From: Octopus sinensis
Lineage: Eukaryota
Assembly: GCF_006345805.1 (NCBI RefSeq)
Contig: NC_043007.1
Location: 6,634,001-6,698,000 of the forward strand
Direction: 5' to 3'
DNA: 64,000 nucleotides
The translations under genes were made by a program, and so were the position numbers. Shown here one piece after another: positions 14,000-27,037 of the stretch. The notes below the pieces were generated by a model. That model did no database searches. It worked only from the letters and a program-made list of their open reading frames with translations, and was not told the origin of the DNA. The stretch's first letter is position 1, and each line of letters begins with the position of its first letter.

Positions 14000-14645
14000 A
14001 CTACACAGTATAGTAGAGTCCGTTGGGCCCTGTCTGTGAGAAAAACAGCACCATGATGCAATTCACTCCGTCACAAATTTGGATACGACATGCTGTACTG
14101 CTTGGCATTCGCGCCGGAAGCTCCATTACGAATATTTCAGGATGTTTGGGTATCAATTTGAGGACAGAGCAATCTGAGGACATGTACGGAGAGTGATAAA
14201 TATTAAACATCCAGTCGTTATGATGTTTAGAGTAATCACCAGTGATGGTGACGTTATGCCTCCATTTATCTTCCCACGCGGCTTCAAAGTCAACAGGGAG
14301 GACTACATCTAGTAGGCAGTACTGGAGGTGGTAGTCCTGCCCTTGGTCAAAGGAGTAGCCGCTGCATGACCCTATACATGGGAAGAGAAATCTGCACCAT
14401 GCCACACAAGCAGGAGAACCCAGTTAATGGCTGTCAGACAATTTCTACGACCATACCATCCCTAAAATCTGGACACCTAACTCCCCAGACTGCAACTCCC
14501 TTGATTATTATGTGTAGGGCGCGGTTGGGTGAGAGACCAACAAAACTCTTTGTAACACCAAAGGTGAATTGAAGGCAAAGATTATGGCTGCATTCACAGA
14601 CTTAACGGAGAGAGCGTCCAGATAAAGTGCAGTAGATTCCGAAGC
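14000..14645 (+). pseudogene. Internally deleted DD37D (maT-like, IS630-Tc1-mariner) transposase
   Basis: HTH-like start MMQFTPSQIWIRHAVLLGIRAGSS at 14053 joined to KHPVVMMFRVITSDGDVMPPFIF...SAPCHTSRRTQ/WLSDNF...IWTPNSPDCNSLDYYV; about 37 residues between the second (mutated) and third Asp positions; stops and frameshifts. Confidence 0.8.
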
Positions 14646-15203
14646 CCAGGAATTATTCTTTGCAAGCTTAGTAGTGGAGGAATTGCAACCGTGTTTCGTG
14701 GTCTGCTACCACAACAGCTCCTTTATAGGATCCAGTTAGCTCAAGACATCATCAGGAAGAACCACGTCTGGTTTCGGCCCCTACTCCTCTACCGTTTTGA
14801 TGCCCCCGCCTTTCGGAGGCGTCTTCAGCTCTGGTGTTGGGTGCATGTCTTCTTCTTTCTTCTGTTCCCTGGCCTCTTCGATGTGTCGTCAACGAGTGTC
14901 AGCGGGCGACTGACTGGTTTCTCTCTTTAAATACCTGTCACGTGACACTGTCTCATCTTAACTGACAAGTGCAGGCGCGTAGTTTAAGCCCACGATTTCC
15001 CTAAACGACCGTCACCTGTCAGTCAACTTGTCTCACCTAATGATGTTATTTCCCGTCGGCGTGTTTATGACTTTCAAGCCATTTTCGGTGTTCCCGCTTC
15101 AGCCATATATACAAGATGGCTTTTCCGACCGCCTCCTCTACTCTCCTTCTTAGTTTACGCGGCTCGGGGCTTATTCCAGGAATTATTCTTTGTAAGCTTA
15201 GTA
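14646..15203 (-). mobile_element. ~500-bp GC-richer insertion bounded by a 28-bp direct repeat, with HHR-like motif
   Basis: CCAGGAATTATTCTTTG(C/T)AAGCTTAGTA at 14646-14673 and 15176-15203; minus strand 14683-14758 reads TTC-CTGATGA-[GTCT/AGAC, GCTA/TAGC, TCCT/AGGA stem]-GAAAC-ACG-GTT-GCAA. Confidence 0.55.
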
Positions 15204-15290
15204 TTTATTCTATCGGTCTCTTTTGCCGAACCGCTAAGTTATAGGGACGTAGGCACACCAGCATCGGGTGTCAAGTAATGTTGGGGGACA
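15176..15290 (-). mobile_element. SINE family A 3' tail fragment
   Basis: TATTCTATCGGTCTCTTTTGCCGAACCGC is the reverse complement of the tail seen at 8317-8350, 38700-38740 and 44168-44205. Confidence 0.75.
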
Positions 15291-15597
15291 AATATATACA
15301 CACACACATACACACATATATATATATATTTGACGGGTTATATATATATATATATATATATACATACAAACGCATGCAGATATTTGCACACACACACACA
15401 CATACGCAAACACAAACGACATTGCTATTCAGCTGTTTGTGGACTGGTTTTCTCTTAGTGTGTTGCCATTGAGGATTGATCGAAATATTTGTTGCATGCA
15501 CGAAACAATAATCAATAACAGGCGTCGATAAGATAATGAATCAACAGAATAATAACGCAAATTATGTGTAATTTACAAAATTAAATTGCTATAAGTA

Positions 15598-15715
15598 AAT
15601 AATAATAATAATAATAATAATAACAATAATAGTAATAATAATAATAATAATAAAATAATAATAATAACAATAATAATAATAACAATAATAATAACAATAA
15701 TAATAATAATAATGA

Positions 15716-15759
<44 letters not shown>

Positions 15760-15800
15760 TTAATAATAATACAAGAATAATAATAATAACAACAACAACA
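15598..15800. repeat. (AAT)n microsatellite
   Basis: Direct reading. Confidence 0.95.
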
Positions 15801-15980
15801 ATATTAATATTGATGATAACAATAATTGCAACAATAAATTGTAATAAGTAACATTAATTAGAAAATGGATGGAAGAAATGCAACAATATTAATGCTAATG
15901 ATATTGCCGAAAATTGGTGCTCACATGATTCTAGACCTATACGCATATATGTATGGGTGTATGTGTAAACATAAAAATGC

Positions 15981-16028
<48 letters not shown>

Positions 16029-16979
16029 GTATATACATACATACAATATTAAATCTCTGAGCGAGAAGTAAACAGTAGCAGTACGGAATCGCAAAATATA
16101 ATTGACAACTAAATATATATATATATATATGTATATCTATATATGCATCTATACACAAACACATATATATGTATGTATGTATTAATGTTAGCATTCCAAC
16201 ATGCCAACTCAACTACTCTTGTGTACGTGTACATGTGTGTACATTAAATATACATACATACATATATATATATGCATGTATATATATATGTATTTATATA
16301 TATATATATACACATAAATATATGTACATATATATTTATATATTGGTATATATGTATATGTATGCATACATGGCTATATATATGTGTGTGCTTGTGTATG
16401 TATATGTGTGTATATATATGTGTGTATATATATGCATGTATAAAGACGCATATATGCGTATATATCTTTTTGTATATGTGTGTGTGTTTGTCCGTGTGTA
16501 TGCACGTGTAACTTACAGAGATTGTGAACCTACAACATCGTGTTTGTGTGTCGGCTAAATGAATGCCAAGAACTAAAGAACATACTATTATTGACCCATA
16601 TTAATTGACATAAATGTAATTAACCGTCGAATTGTTCTAAGAATATTTTATTAAATTAATCTCAAAGATAAATTTGTTAATTAATCAGGGAGAAAACAGG
16701 TGTGATTACATGAAGACATGCCATGTTCTGTTTATATTATATTTGAATCATTACAGATTCGAATTTTTCCTTGATTCGTAAGGCTGTAATGAGTGCAACA
16801 AAATCTGTTATATATGCTAATTAAATCACATAATAAACATTATTTTATGTAATAAAAGCAAATTTATATTGTAGTGTATTTTTTGCCTGTTTTATATACA
16901 TTTTGTTACGATATGTGGGGTAAGTCAGTGGAAGAAATGGAGTAGAAGATGGGGTGGGGTGGAAAAGTTCTACTAACAA

Positions 16980-17135
16980 CGGCGCGATCACGACGCGGTG
17001 ATTAAGAAGCTGTCCTGGCAACCACTTGATTCTGGGTTCAGTTGCAATGCGTGGCAGCATAGGAAAATGTCTCCTACTTTAGCTCTGCCTTGTTCAATGC
17101 CATATAAAGGAATTTGGTTTACGGAAAATATGTGG
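16980..17135 (+). mobile_element. SINE family A, decayed
   Basis: GGTGATTAAGAAGCT...GGGTTCAGTTGCAATGCGTGGCA...TGTCTCCTACTTTAGC; homologous to 239-376. Confidence 0.65.
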
Positions 17136-17198
17136 AAGACTTTTGTGTATACGTATGCGTATATATACACAGGTATGTGTGTATACATGCAGATGTGA

Positions 17199-17270
<72 letters not shown>

Positions 17271-17574
17271 ATCTGTTTGACTCCACACCATTTGACTGCT
17301 GCAGATGTTTCGTTTACGTGTGAGTAACGCAGGGAATTGGCAAAAGTATCCGTTGTGACTTAATAAAAAAATTGCCGGGGTCAGTTTGTTTAATTACACT
17401 CTTCAAGGTATTGACATATCCGCAGCCCAGTCGTAGCTAAACATAAAAGTCTTACCGTAAAATCTCAGCTTTGTTTCCGTGTACTGGGAAAAAAAAAATG
17501 ACAAAGTGATTGCCGATGCGGTCTGAAATCCTTAGTGACGGTAAAAGAATCGAGAAGGGAAAGAATATATAAAG

Positions 17575-17939
17575 ACATTTTTTTCTACTCTAGGCACCAA
17601 GCACGAAATTTTGAGGGAGGCGGGTCAGTCGATTAGATCGACCCCAGTACGCAACTGGTACTTAATCTATCGACCCCGAAAGGAGGAAAGGCGTGCTAAC
17701 GTTTCTTATTTATTTATTGCCTACAAGGGGCTAAACATAGAGAGGACAAACAAAGACAGGCAAAGGGATTAAGTCGATTACATCGACCCCAATGTGTAAC
17801 TGGTATTTAATTTATTGACCCCGAAAGGATGAAAAGTAAAGTCGACCTCGGCGGAATTTGAACTCAGAACGTAACGGCAGACGAAATAGGGCTACGCATT
17901 TCGCCCGGCGTACTAACGATTCTGCCAGCTCGCCGCCTT
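17575..17939 (-). mobile_element. Two adjacent SINE family B units with different 3' tails
   Basis: Full copy 17700-17939 with the TTAATCCCTTTG...AGCCCCTTGTAGG tail; partial copy 17575-17690 with the CCCTCAAAATTTCG...GCCTAGAGTAG tail. Confidence 0.85.
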
Positions 17940-18512
17940 GGTTATATAAAGCAATATAAAGACCATGCACAATATTCGTAAGGAGAATGGATGCAGTAAT
18001 GGCGTTTTTAGCCGACAACTTTGAACATATGATAAACGTAGTGCACGTGTCAGGTTTGTATGGAAATTAGTGAAGGAGTGTGCCTTGAAGCAAAGTTTAT
18101 GTATGTACGACAAGTGTGAGTTGAAATGACGTAGATTTCTGTGTTTGCCTGACAGTGAATAGGGAATGAAATGTGTGAACAAGAAGGTGTAAATATTTGG
18201 TTGTCTATGCAATGATGGAGAATGAATGCAAAGTGTTATAGAAGGTAAGGTGCTTGTAGAATGAGTTGAGAAGCTATCAGAGTTGGTGTGGTTTTAGGTG
18301 TTTAGAGGACGGAATGCTCAAGTGTCTGCTGTGATAGTGAAGTATAAAGATGTGAGGTTCGTGGAGAGCATGTGCGTTTGTATGCAATATTGGGAAATAT
18401 ATTCATGATCGTATGCGAAGCTTATGCTGTTAGAAAAATAACTTTATAAATTGTGAATGCTGGTGTGGTACTAAAAGATAAATACATATAATATGTTGAC
18501 TTAGTAAAATCC

Positions 18513-18740
18513 GTCAAACTAAAGGGTTTGACAAAGTAAAAGAAAATAAATATTTGACAAAATAAAAGAAAAAATAGTGTAAAGGTTCGACGATGTGAAT
18601 TTTCCGAGTTCTCTCCCCGACCTCCGTTCGCGAGCGTGCATTTTCTTCATATTCGTTTACAGCAAATTATTTTACACCTATTACACTATTTTTTCCTCTT
18701 TTTTTTTTTTTTTTGCTCGGGTCAAACCCTTTATTTTGAC
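18513..18740. repeat. Imperfect inverted repeat (MITE-like)
   Basis: GTCAAACTAAAGGGTTTGAC (18513-18532) versus GTCAAACCCTTTATTTTGAC (18721-18740), 19/20 complementary; inner AAAAAATAGTGTAA / TTACACTATTTTTT. Confidence 0.6.
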
Positions 18741-19577
18741 TATTTTCCCAGAAATGCTTTGTGGCGTTTCTTCTATTTACGCTCAGATTTCAGATTCTGC
18801 CGTGTCCAGCTTTGCAGCTTATTCTTTCAACAGTTACCAATTGAATACTGGTAAAGTTCTTGGAAATTTGATACTATGTGGTTGGTATAAGCCAGACGTC
18901 ACAGTAAGTGATTTGAATCGTATATTACTGCATGCTCAGAAATATAGAATTGGTGAGTGTATATTATGGCAGTCTATGGCAGAAGAGGGAGTAACGTGTG
19001 CGCGCATGACGTAGAAATTTGAAGGTTGCTAATTTAATTTATTCGGCGTCAGTTGTTTAAGCAAAGAATTGTTGTTCATAACAAGGATGATTTAGTTTGA
19101 GTCGAGACTTAGAGTCTTGTTATAGATATATCATGAATCACCAACTTTTATGTGATGAATTTTATCCTTCACAACATTTCAAAGACGATATTACTTTTAC
19201 CTGTAAATTTAGTAAGAGTAATGATCGTAGTCCGTATCTTCTTTCAGTTTTCCTTTTGTAGAGCCGTATGGACCCTGTACGAATTGTCAAAAGACGTTGG
19301 TGATACGAGTGAGTCCTTAATGAAACACACACATTCTTTTGTGATTGCTGTGTATCTAGGACTAGCAAAAAACGCGCTTCTCTCCTACGCTTCTAAGATA
19401 ATAGTCAAGCGATTTGACTAAGGCTTTTGCTGCTCGAGCTACAGTATAAAATGATGTTTTTCTAAAAAGACCAGTTTCATGAATATATTACACTCGTTCC
19501 AGGGTGTAGAAGAATAATGTATATCACAAAAAGCTAATACTTAAGTCCAAAGGCCGTAATAACAATTAAAAATCAAA

Positions 19578-19951
19578 TGATGGAAGCACTCCGTCGGTTA
19601 CGACGACGAGGCTTCCGGTTGATCCGATCAACGGAACAGCTTGCTCGTGAAATTAACGTGTAAGTGGCTGAGCTCTCCACAGACACGTGTACCCTTAATG
19701 TAGTTCTCGGGGATATTCAGCGTGACACAGAGCGACAAGGCCGGCCCTTTGAAATACAGGTACAACAGAAACAGGAAGTAAGAGTGGGAGAAAGTCGTGG
19801 TGAAAGAGTACAGCAGGGATCACCACCATCCCTGCCGGAGCCTCGTGGAACTTTAGGTGTTTTCGCTCAATAAACACTCACAACGCCCGGTCTGGGAATC
19901 GAAACCGCGATCCTACGACCGCGAGTCCGCTGCCCTAACCACTGGGCCATT
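19578..19951 (-). mobile_element. tRNA-derived SINE (family D, tRNA-Arg-like head), near full length
   Basis: Minus strand ATGGCCCAGTGGTTAGGGCAGCGGACTCGCGGTCGTAGGATCGCGGTTTCGATTCCC contains A and B boxes, followed by a ~300-nt body. Confidence 0.85.
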
Positions 19952-20104
19952 ACATTACACGGATTAGTAATACAGTAGAAGCCAAAGAAAGTAGTGATGT
20001 TATAAGGAAGAACAAAATACCGTATAAGTCCATGAGCAAAAATATGAACAAAAATAAGACCGGCAGTGAAGTGAAGCAGAAAACAAGATACAGGTCAGTT
20101 GTAT

Positions 20105-20168
<64 letters not shown>

Positions 20169-20547
20169 GAGAGAGAGAGAGATTTGATGAAAGCAAGTAT
20201 GGTAAGGTCCATAAAAGGCAAAGTCAGTTGAAATAGTGGAAGCATCAACGAGATTAGCGAATGGGATGGGAACGCGTATATGCTGGCATTCTCTGAAAAA
20301 TAGTTATCGTTCTTAGTTTGTGAAATTGTTAAAACTTATCCGAATATTCACCAGAGCAAAATTAGTAGTTTTACATATGGAATTCTGTAACCAGAATTTA
20401 TGTAACGAAAAGACAAGCCTTTTGGCATTTTGTATCCATTAATCAACGAAGAATCTTCTGTTCAACTAAAATATGTTTTCAATGTATTCGGTTTTTCTCT
20501 TTTCGTTTAATGTATACATCTATATCCAAATATGTCTTTTAATATTC

Positions 20548-20615
<68 letters not shown>

Positions 20616-20629
20616 GTGTGTGTGTGTGT

Positions 20630-20716
<87 letters not shown>

Positions 20717-23070
20717 GCTCGCTCGCATATGTTTGGATGTGCGTTAGTATATATATACATCAACATACATACTTTATGTGTAGAAGTCGGTGTATGTATA
20801 TGTGTTCAATGATTTCTCATATCTAGATATATTCCTATACTCACATTTACGCAGTTTTTATTCTCTCGATATTTTTTTTATTTCTAATTTAAACTAATTA
20901 GTTCAAATCGGAAATTTTCTGTCAACTAAATTTATAAACCTCTCCTTAAAAAAATGTTGATTATATTCCTTGATAAATCATTAATGAAACATGTCTGTAA
21001 ATTTGACTGAACATCCTTATTTTTAAAATCAGCGCTATGTTACTGAGAATAAATTAACAACAAATTCTCTTTTAAAATCTCTTTTGTGCGGCGCAAACAA
21101 CTTGTTTGTATTGTATTGTATTTTGTAAAGAAAAGAAAAGTCTACGAAATTCCATCAACACAATGTTTTTATTTTTTGTTATTTTTGTTGAGGCTGAACC
21201 ACAGGCCGTTTGTGATTTATTAATTGTATGATCAAAACATCCCTGCTGTGTTCACTGTATTGTCTATATATATTTTTCTCAAAAATATCTCGTACTCTAT
21301 CACCCTTTGATCATTCCATCTCATTTTAAGAAGGCTTGGTTTAATTTGAGGAAGATCTAGCTGCTCTTTCGCGCTGATCGGATAATCATGTAAGCCTTCA
21401 ACTTTTATTTCGCAATATGATTGTGTTTTATATTTTTGACTCTCCAACATATTATCATCTCTATGTAAACACGTGATCAATATGTCGTCTGCATAAATTT
21501 TCCTATGTTTAAGTTGACGCTTCTCAGCTTAAGTCAGCCATGATCGAACAGATGCAATAACTCATTTAGCGAACAATGTTATAATCTCATAAAGAAAACT
21601 TTTAGTTATACAATACATCTGTTTTATGCCAGACCAATACAATTTAAAGGATTTTTCTTGCAACACTTGGCAGGTTGCGCAACCGCATAGAAATTCCTTC
21701 AATGTTTTGCCACATTTAATACATTCCTGAACACCAAATTTCACGTTAATTCTGGCAGTTCCTTGAGGCTTCCGCTTTAAATGTTGAATATTTATAAAAT
21801 CAGGTGTTAATCCCTTAATACAATGGTTAAAATCATTAAGCAATAATACCAAAAATTCTCAATAAAATCAAATTGAAGAGGAAGAACTATGAAACCATCA
21901 CAGAATAAATGACGTTGCCTCTATACAGTTGACAGAATTGACTGCTAGAAATAATAGCGGTCAAATCTCTCTTAGACCACATCTCAAAAGAGGACACATT
22001 TAAAATTCTTAACCCAGATATCCGAAAAGATTCGATGGTAGTTATAGCCTAAATATCTTTGGTTATAGGTATGGTCCACCGAGGCTGACAAGAAACTAAA
22101 CAGCATGATAATCATCAAGACAAATATAACAAGGAAGTAAATTGTGCTTCAGGAAATGGTCACCGCTTTGCTAAGAACTGCTAGCTGCCAAATATCTTTC
22201 CGAGCTACTTTCAGAAAGGAATACTATATATATATGCACTTAATAATTTATTCGGAAATATTAATGAGTGTTCACGGATGTAGCTGTTCGATTATGTCTG
22301 ATCTTAAATAAACCATATGATTAGCAGTATGACAACAGTATAATTGTAAATGCCACCTTTTATGTGGGCGTGAATTTTCAAGTCATAAGATTGTTGTCTA
22401 AATCTGAAGGTCTTCCAGGGCGACTTGCGCCTTTTACGCTACAACACATTCACCGAATGCCTCAAAAACGGTTTAAGATGTTTCTGCTGTGTTTTCCCCT
22501 ACGTGACTAAAATGCATTTCTTCTTTCTCCAATTCTGAACTTGATAAGGGCGGATACAAATAAGAGATATACTCACTTTTTTATGTGAGACGTAACCTGT
22601 ATGTTACAACGTTCAAAGCGATTCCAACAGATTAGTCTTACCAAGCTTACAAGTGTTTTGCGATGCATTTAAAAACAGAACTATCGCACGGTCTTTCCAG
22701 ACGACCCAATAGTATATGCTGAGCAAATTACTTACCGCTGCAGTCTATAATATTGCCAAATATACTAAAAAAAATATTTTAATATATATATACAAATTAC
22801 TGCGTGTTGGAAAGTATTGACTGAAAGTAGAGAGATAATAATAATGGAAGTATTATTTGTTATGAATCATCATTGGTGTTGCTTAAATTGAACTAAACAC
22901 GCACAGAAGCATAAAATATATTTTGTATTAGAATAATTTCAATCGATCTTAAATCCTCATGTAATAATCTCCTCTTCACTCTCTTTCTCTGTCTACGAAA
23001 ACTTATTTGTATTTTAAATTTATAATTTAAATCTGTATGCATGTATGTGTGTGTACGTATGTATGTATGT

Positions 23071-23455
23071 ATTAATGTCATTATTCAGTTTTATTTCAAG
23101 ATTGCTTGCCATTAGAGAAAGAGCCGGTTTCTAACCTAGATCCAAGGCTTCTTCAATGGAATTTCGACATCAACAACAGGGTATTTTTGTATGCATATTT
23201 GAATACATGTATGCAGATCTGTATGTTTTGTTTTATGTATATCTTCTCATGAAAAAACTTACATGTCTAGACATGGTCATATATAATCAAAAACTTCTAG
23301 AAAGTTTTACAGATTTTTACAGTTCCAGTGATGGATTGGATCTGTAGTCTCCGAATCAGCTCTTTCCTTTCTGCTTTTTCGAAGCCTAATTTCTCAATAT
23401 TGGTATTTAGGCAGTGTGTTACATATACCAGTGCCCTGATAATTACAGGTATAAT
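23071..23455 (-). mobile_element. R4/Dong-clade (RLE) non-LTR retrotransposon, 5'-truncated 3' end
   Basis: Minus-strand translation IIPVIIRALVYVTHCLNTNIEKLGFEKAERKELIRRLQIQSITGTVKICKTF* (stop at 23297-23299) resembles the R4-clade C-terminus (IPVVIGALG...LQK..LGT.KI); the 3' UTR runs into (ATAC)n. Confidence 0.75.
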
Positions 23456-23698
23456 GCAACTGTAGATTTCAATAGTCCAGCGTAGGTATTTCCTTTTCCC
23501 ACCTTCATTCTAGAGAGAAGAGTTCTATATAGCCAGAGTGAGTGAGAGAGAGAGAGTGAGAGAAAGAAAGCGAGAGGGAGAGAGGAAGAGAGAAACATAG
23601 AGAGGGAGAGAGAAACAGATATAGAAACTGTTTGGTAGATACAGATATATAAAAATATATACATATATATACATGCATATATATATATACATATATAT

Positions 23699-23752
<54 letters not shown>

Positions 23753-23817
23753 CATATATATATATTATATATATATATATATTATATATATACATACACA
23801 CAGATATACACACATAC

Positions 23818-23872
<55 letters not shown>

Positions 23873-24042
23873 CACACACATATATATATATATATTTATT
23901 TTATTTTATTTTTTAATTTTATCTAGTTTCAGCTCACGACCTGTGGCCATGCTGGGGCACCGCCATATATATATATATATGGCCACAGCTCAAGAGCTGA
24001 AACTGGAAAAACAAAACAAAAAACAAACAAAATATATATATA

Positions 24043-24401
24043 GGTACGTGTCCCAGTGTTTAGAGAGTCGAAATTACGATCGTCAGGTTGTGTGTTGGAT
24101 CCACGGACCGGGTTGTGCGTTGTGTCCTTGAGCAAGACACTTTATTTCACGTTGCTCCTGTTTGCTCAGCTGTAGAAATGAGTTGTGACGTCACTAGTGC
24201 CAACCTGCATCAGCCTTTCGCTTTCTCTCGGATAGCATCAGTGGCGTGAAGAGGGGAGGCTGGTATGTATGGGCGATTGCTAGTCTGCAATAAAACAACC
24301 CTAGGTTGTACGTTTGCCGTTGAGACGACTTTTCGACCAGACTTGTACCCCGGAGGGTAACCTCTTAGGAGTACCCAGAGTCATTCGTGACCGACGGAGT
24401 C
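24043..24401 (+). mobile_element. tRNA-derived SINE (family C), older copy
   Basis: Collinear with 40897-41226; CORE/V-like GTGTCCTTGAGCAAGACACTTTA. Confidence 0.85.
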
Positions 24402-24411
24402 GAGATTATAT

Positions 24412-24506
<95 letters not shown>

Positions 24507-24585
24507 ACATATGTAATACACTTTGATCATAGTCAAAATGCTATGTATACGTAAAAATGTATGCTCAGATATGTATGTATGTACG

Positions 24586-24629
<44 letters not shown>

Positions 24630-26399
24630 TATATATATACATATAACATATACGGTATTTGATGATGAAATATATTTCAAATTTCCTCATAAAAGTTAAA
24701 AGATTAAGTTAGAGTGAAAGAAATGAAAAAGCACGCATCAGATGTCGATCATATTTTATTTTATACTGCCGCTTCACCAACTTTTCTAGTGATCAGTAAC
24801 TTCCATACTACAGATCTTTAATCGCCACATTAATTGACTTATCCGGAAATCTCACCCTACAATGAACGTGACATTTCATAATGTGAGACTATCAATAATA
24901 TAGTTCCCTCTACCATCATAGCATTCAGAAGAATTTTATGGAGTCCATCTGTGTATTTCTCTTGAACCATGAATCAGAACAAGTATATAATCTCAATACA
25001 GTTAAAGAAAATACTGTCGAGCATTCATATAATCTCAGTAAACAGACACACATTCGTAAACACATTCGCTGACCCAGTGTAGGTGGATGAGCAGCAAAGG
25101 CCAAGCATATATCTGTGAAATACTAAACATTGTCAATATTTTCATTTATTTTCATTTAATCGAATTTTTATGGTATTTAGTGATACTCACGATTTATTGA
25201 CTTGTATATCATTCTCGTTTTATACGCTCTTTAATGCTTTTAACTTTACAACAAACTTTAAAATCGATATTTCATGCTACGTCACGCTGTGATGATACCA
25301 AATATTATTACAGATTAGTAGAGAGATGCAGGAAATATTTTATCTCTAGAATGAGTTTTTATGGATTTGATCTTTAATTGGACAGGTATGTGTACGTGTT
25401 TCTAAATACAAAATAATGGGTAACAATTTCTGATTTTCTCACAGATGATGTCCATTTCTCAAATAAATATATTTATTGGAAGTGATAATACAGCCTTAAC
25501 GGGACATACGGCCGCGAAGACTTCAATGAGCTTTCCTTTTAATTTTCTCTCATCAATAAAACATTCATTGTTGAAAATTAATTATAATGTAACATTAATG
25601 TCCTTTGTATCAAATATTATACACTGTATTCATATATAAATCATTGATTCTGAAGTTATTCCTTTACTTAGCAGCCATTAATTAACGGTTCATCAGAGAA
25701 AAAGAAACAATCTTATGGCATTTGTAGACGTTTGAAAGCTGGTGTAGTCACTGCTATAAATGTCAAGTTGAAGTCGTGTGTTTGTTAGAAGCGCTTGAAA
25801 AGAGAGGGATTTTAGCTGTGAAAGAAAAAGTTTAATACGAGACACTATTGGTAAGTGGTGCTGAAAGGTAAAGAATTGTATAATGAGGTGGGCTCCATAG
25901 AGTTGGCATAGAAACTGTCGGTTTACAGCATGACCGACTTTTCGTAGATATATTAAATGGAAGATATAATAAATGAACACGTCAAAGAAATAACGATTCT
26001 AGCCTCGTGTTGAACATGTGTTTGCCAATCAGCAGTTCTCTCGTAATCCAGAAGATTAAACCCGCTGAGTGTTATTTTACAACTTCGATGTTCCATAGGT
26101 GATTGCTCTATCTTATAAACACAAATGTATGTAATGACATTCATATATTAATTTGCATATGTTTTGACAATAGGAAAACTTCCGTGGAAGATCGATTTAT
26201 TTTAAACATGCAGTGACGGTGCACAATAATAAACGATATGTTTGATATTTTAGTTGAAGTAGTGAATAAATGTCTGAAATTAAAAATCATTCAATTAAAT
26301 ATGTAACGTGTTAAATGTGTGCAGTTTTATAAACAAAAATCAGAACGTACAGACTCATATCTACTAACATTTTGGAATATGCGCGTGTATATGTGTGTG

Positions 26400-26453
<54 letters not shown>

Positions 26454-26736
26454 TTAATCGTTATATCATGAATGACAATTAAAATAGCCTAGGAGTTGGA
26501 GAAGGGAGTCGTTTCCCAAGCTAAATGTAATATAATTATTTACAGGATCTAATAATTTCGAGGAATTTTAATAACAAAGGAATTTTAATATCAAAGACGA
26601 ATGAATCATTAGCAATGATATAAAAGTTTTTCCACACACACTCACAAACAAACACACACATATACATATATGCTTACCTATGTACGTGTGTTTGTGTGCA
26701 TAATCATGTATATATATGTATATCTAATAGTTGAAG

Positions 26737-26947
26737 AAGGCGGCGAGCTGGCAGAAACGTTGGCACGCTGGGCTAATTCTTAGCGTTATTTCGTCTGGCT
26801 TTACGTTCTGAGTTTAAATTTCGCCTAGGTCGACTTTGCCTTTCATAATTTCGGAGTCGATAAATGAAGTACCAGTTGCGTACTGGGGTCGATTTGATCG
26901 ACTGGCGCCCTCCTCAATATTTTGGATCTTGTGCCTAGAATAGACAA
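26737..26947 (+). mobile_element. SINE family B copy
   Basis: AAGGCGGCGAGCTGGCAGAAACGTT head and core; degenerate TSD GTATATCTAA(T/A)AG(T/C)TG on both sides. Confidence 0.85.
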
Positions 26948-26970
26948 GTATATCTAAAAGCTGTAGGATT

Positions 26971-27037
<67 letters not shown>

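Noticed and set aside
19880-19951. tRNA genes at SINE heads (also 40897, 46290)
   Set aside because: Acceptor stems do not pair and the sequences continue into SINE bodies.
23118-23160. HHR-like TTGAAGA-AGCCT..AGGTT-AGAAACCGG in the R4-like 3' UTR
   Set aside because: Core starts with T, no NUH triplet and no stem I pairing; more likely an ordinary 3' UTR hairpin.
25665-25700. Minus-strand CTGATGA plus CCGTTA/TAATGG hairpin
   Set aside because: Lacks the GAAA box and stem III.
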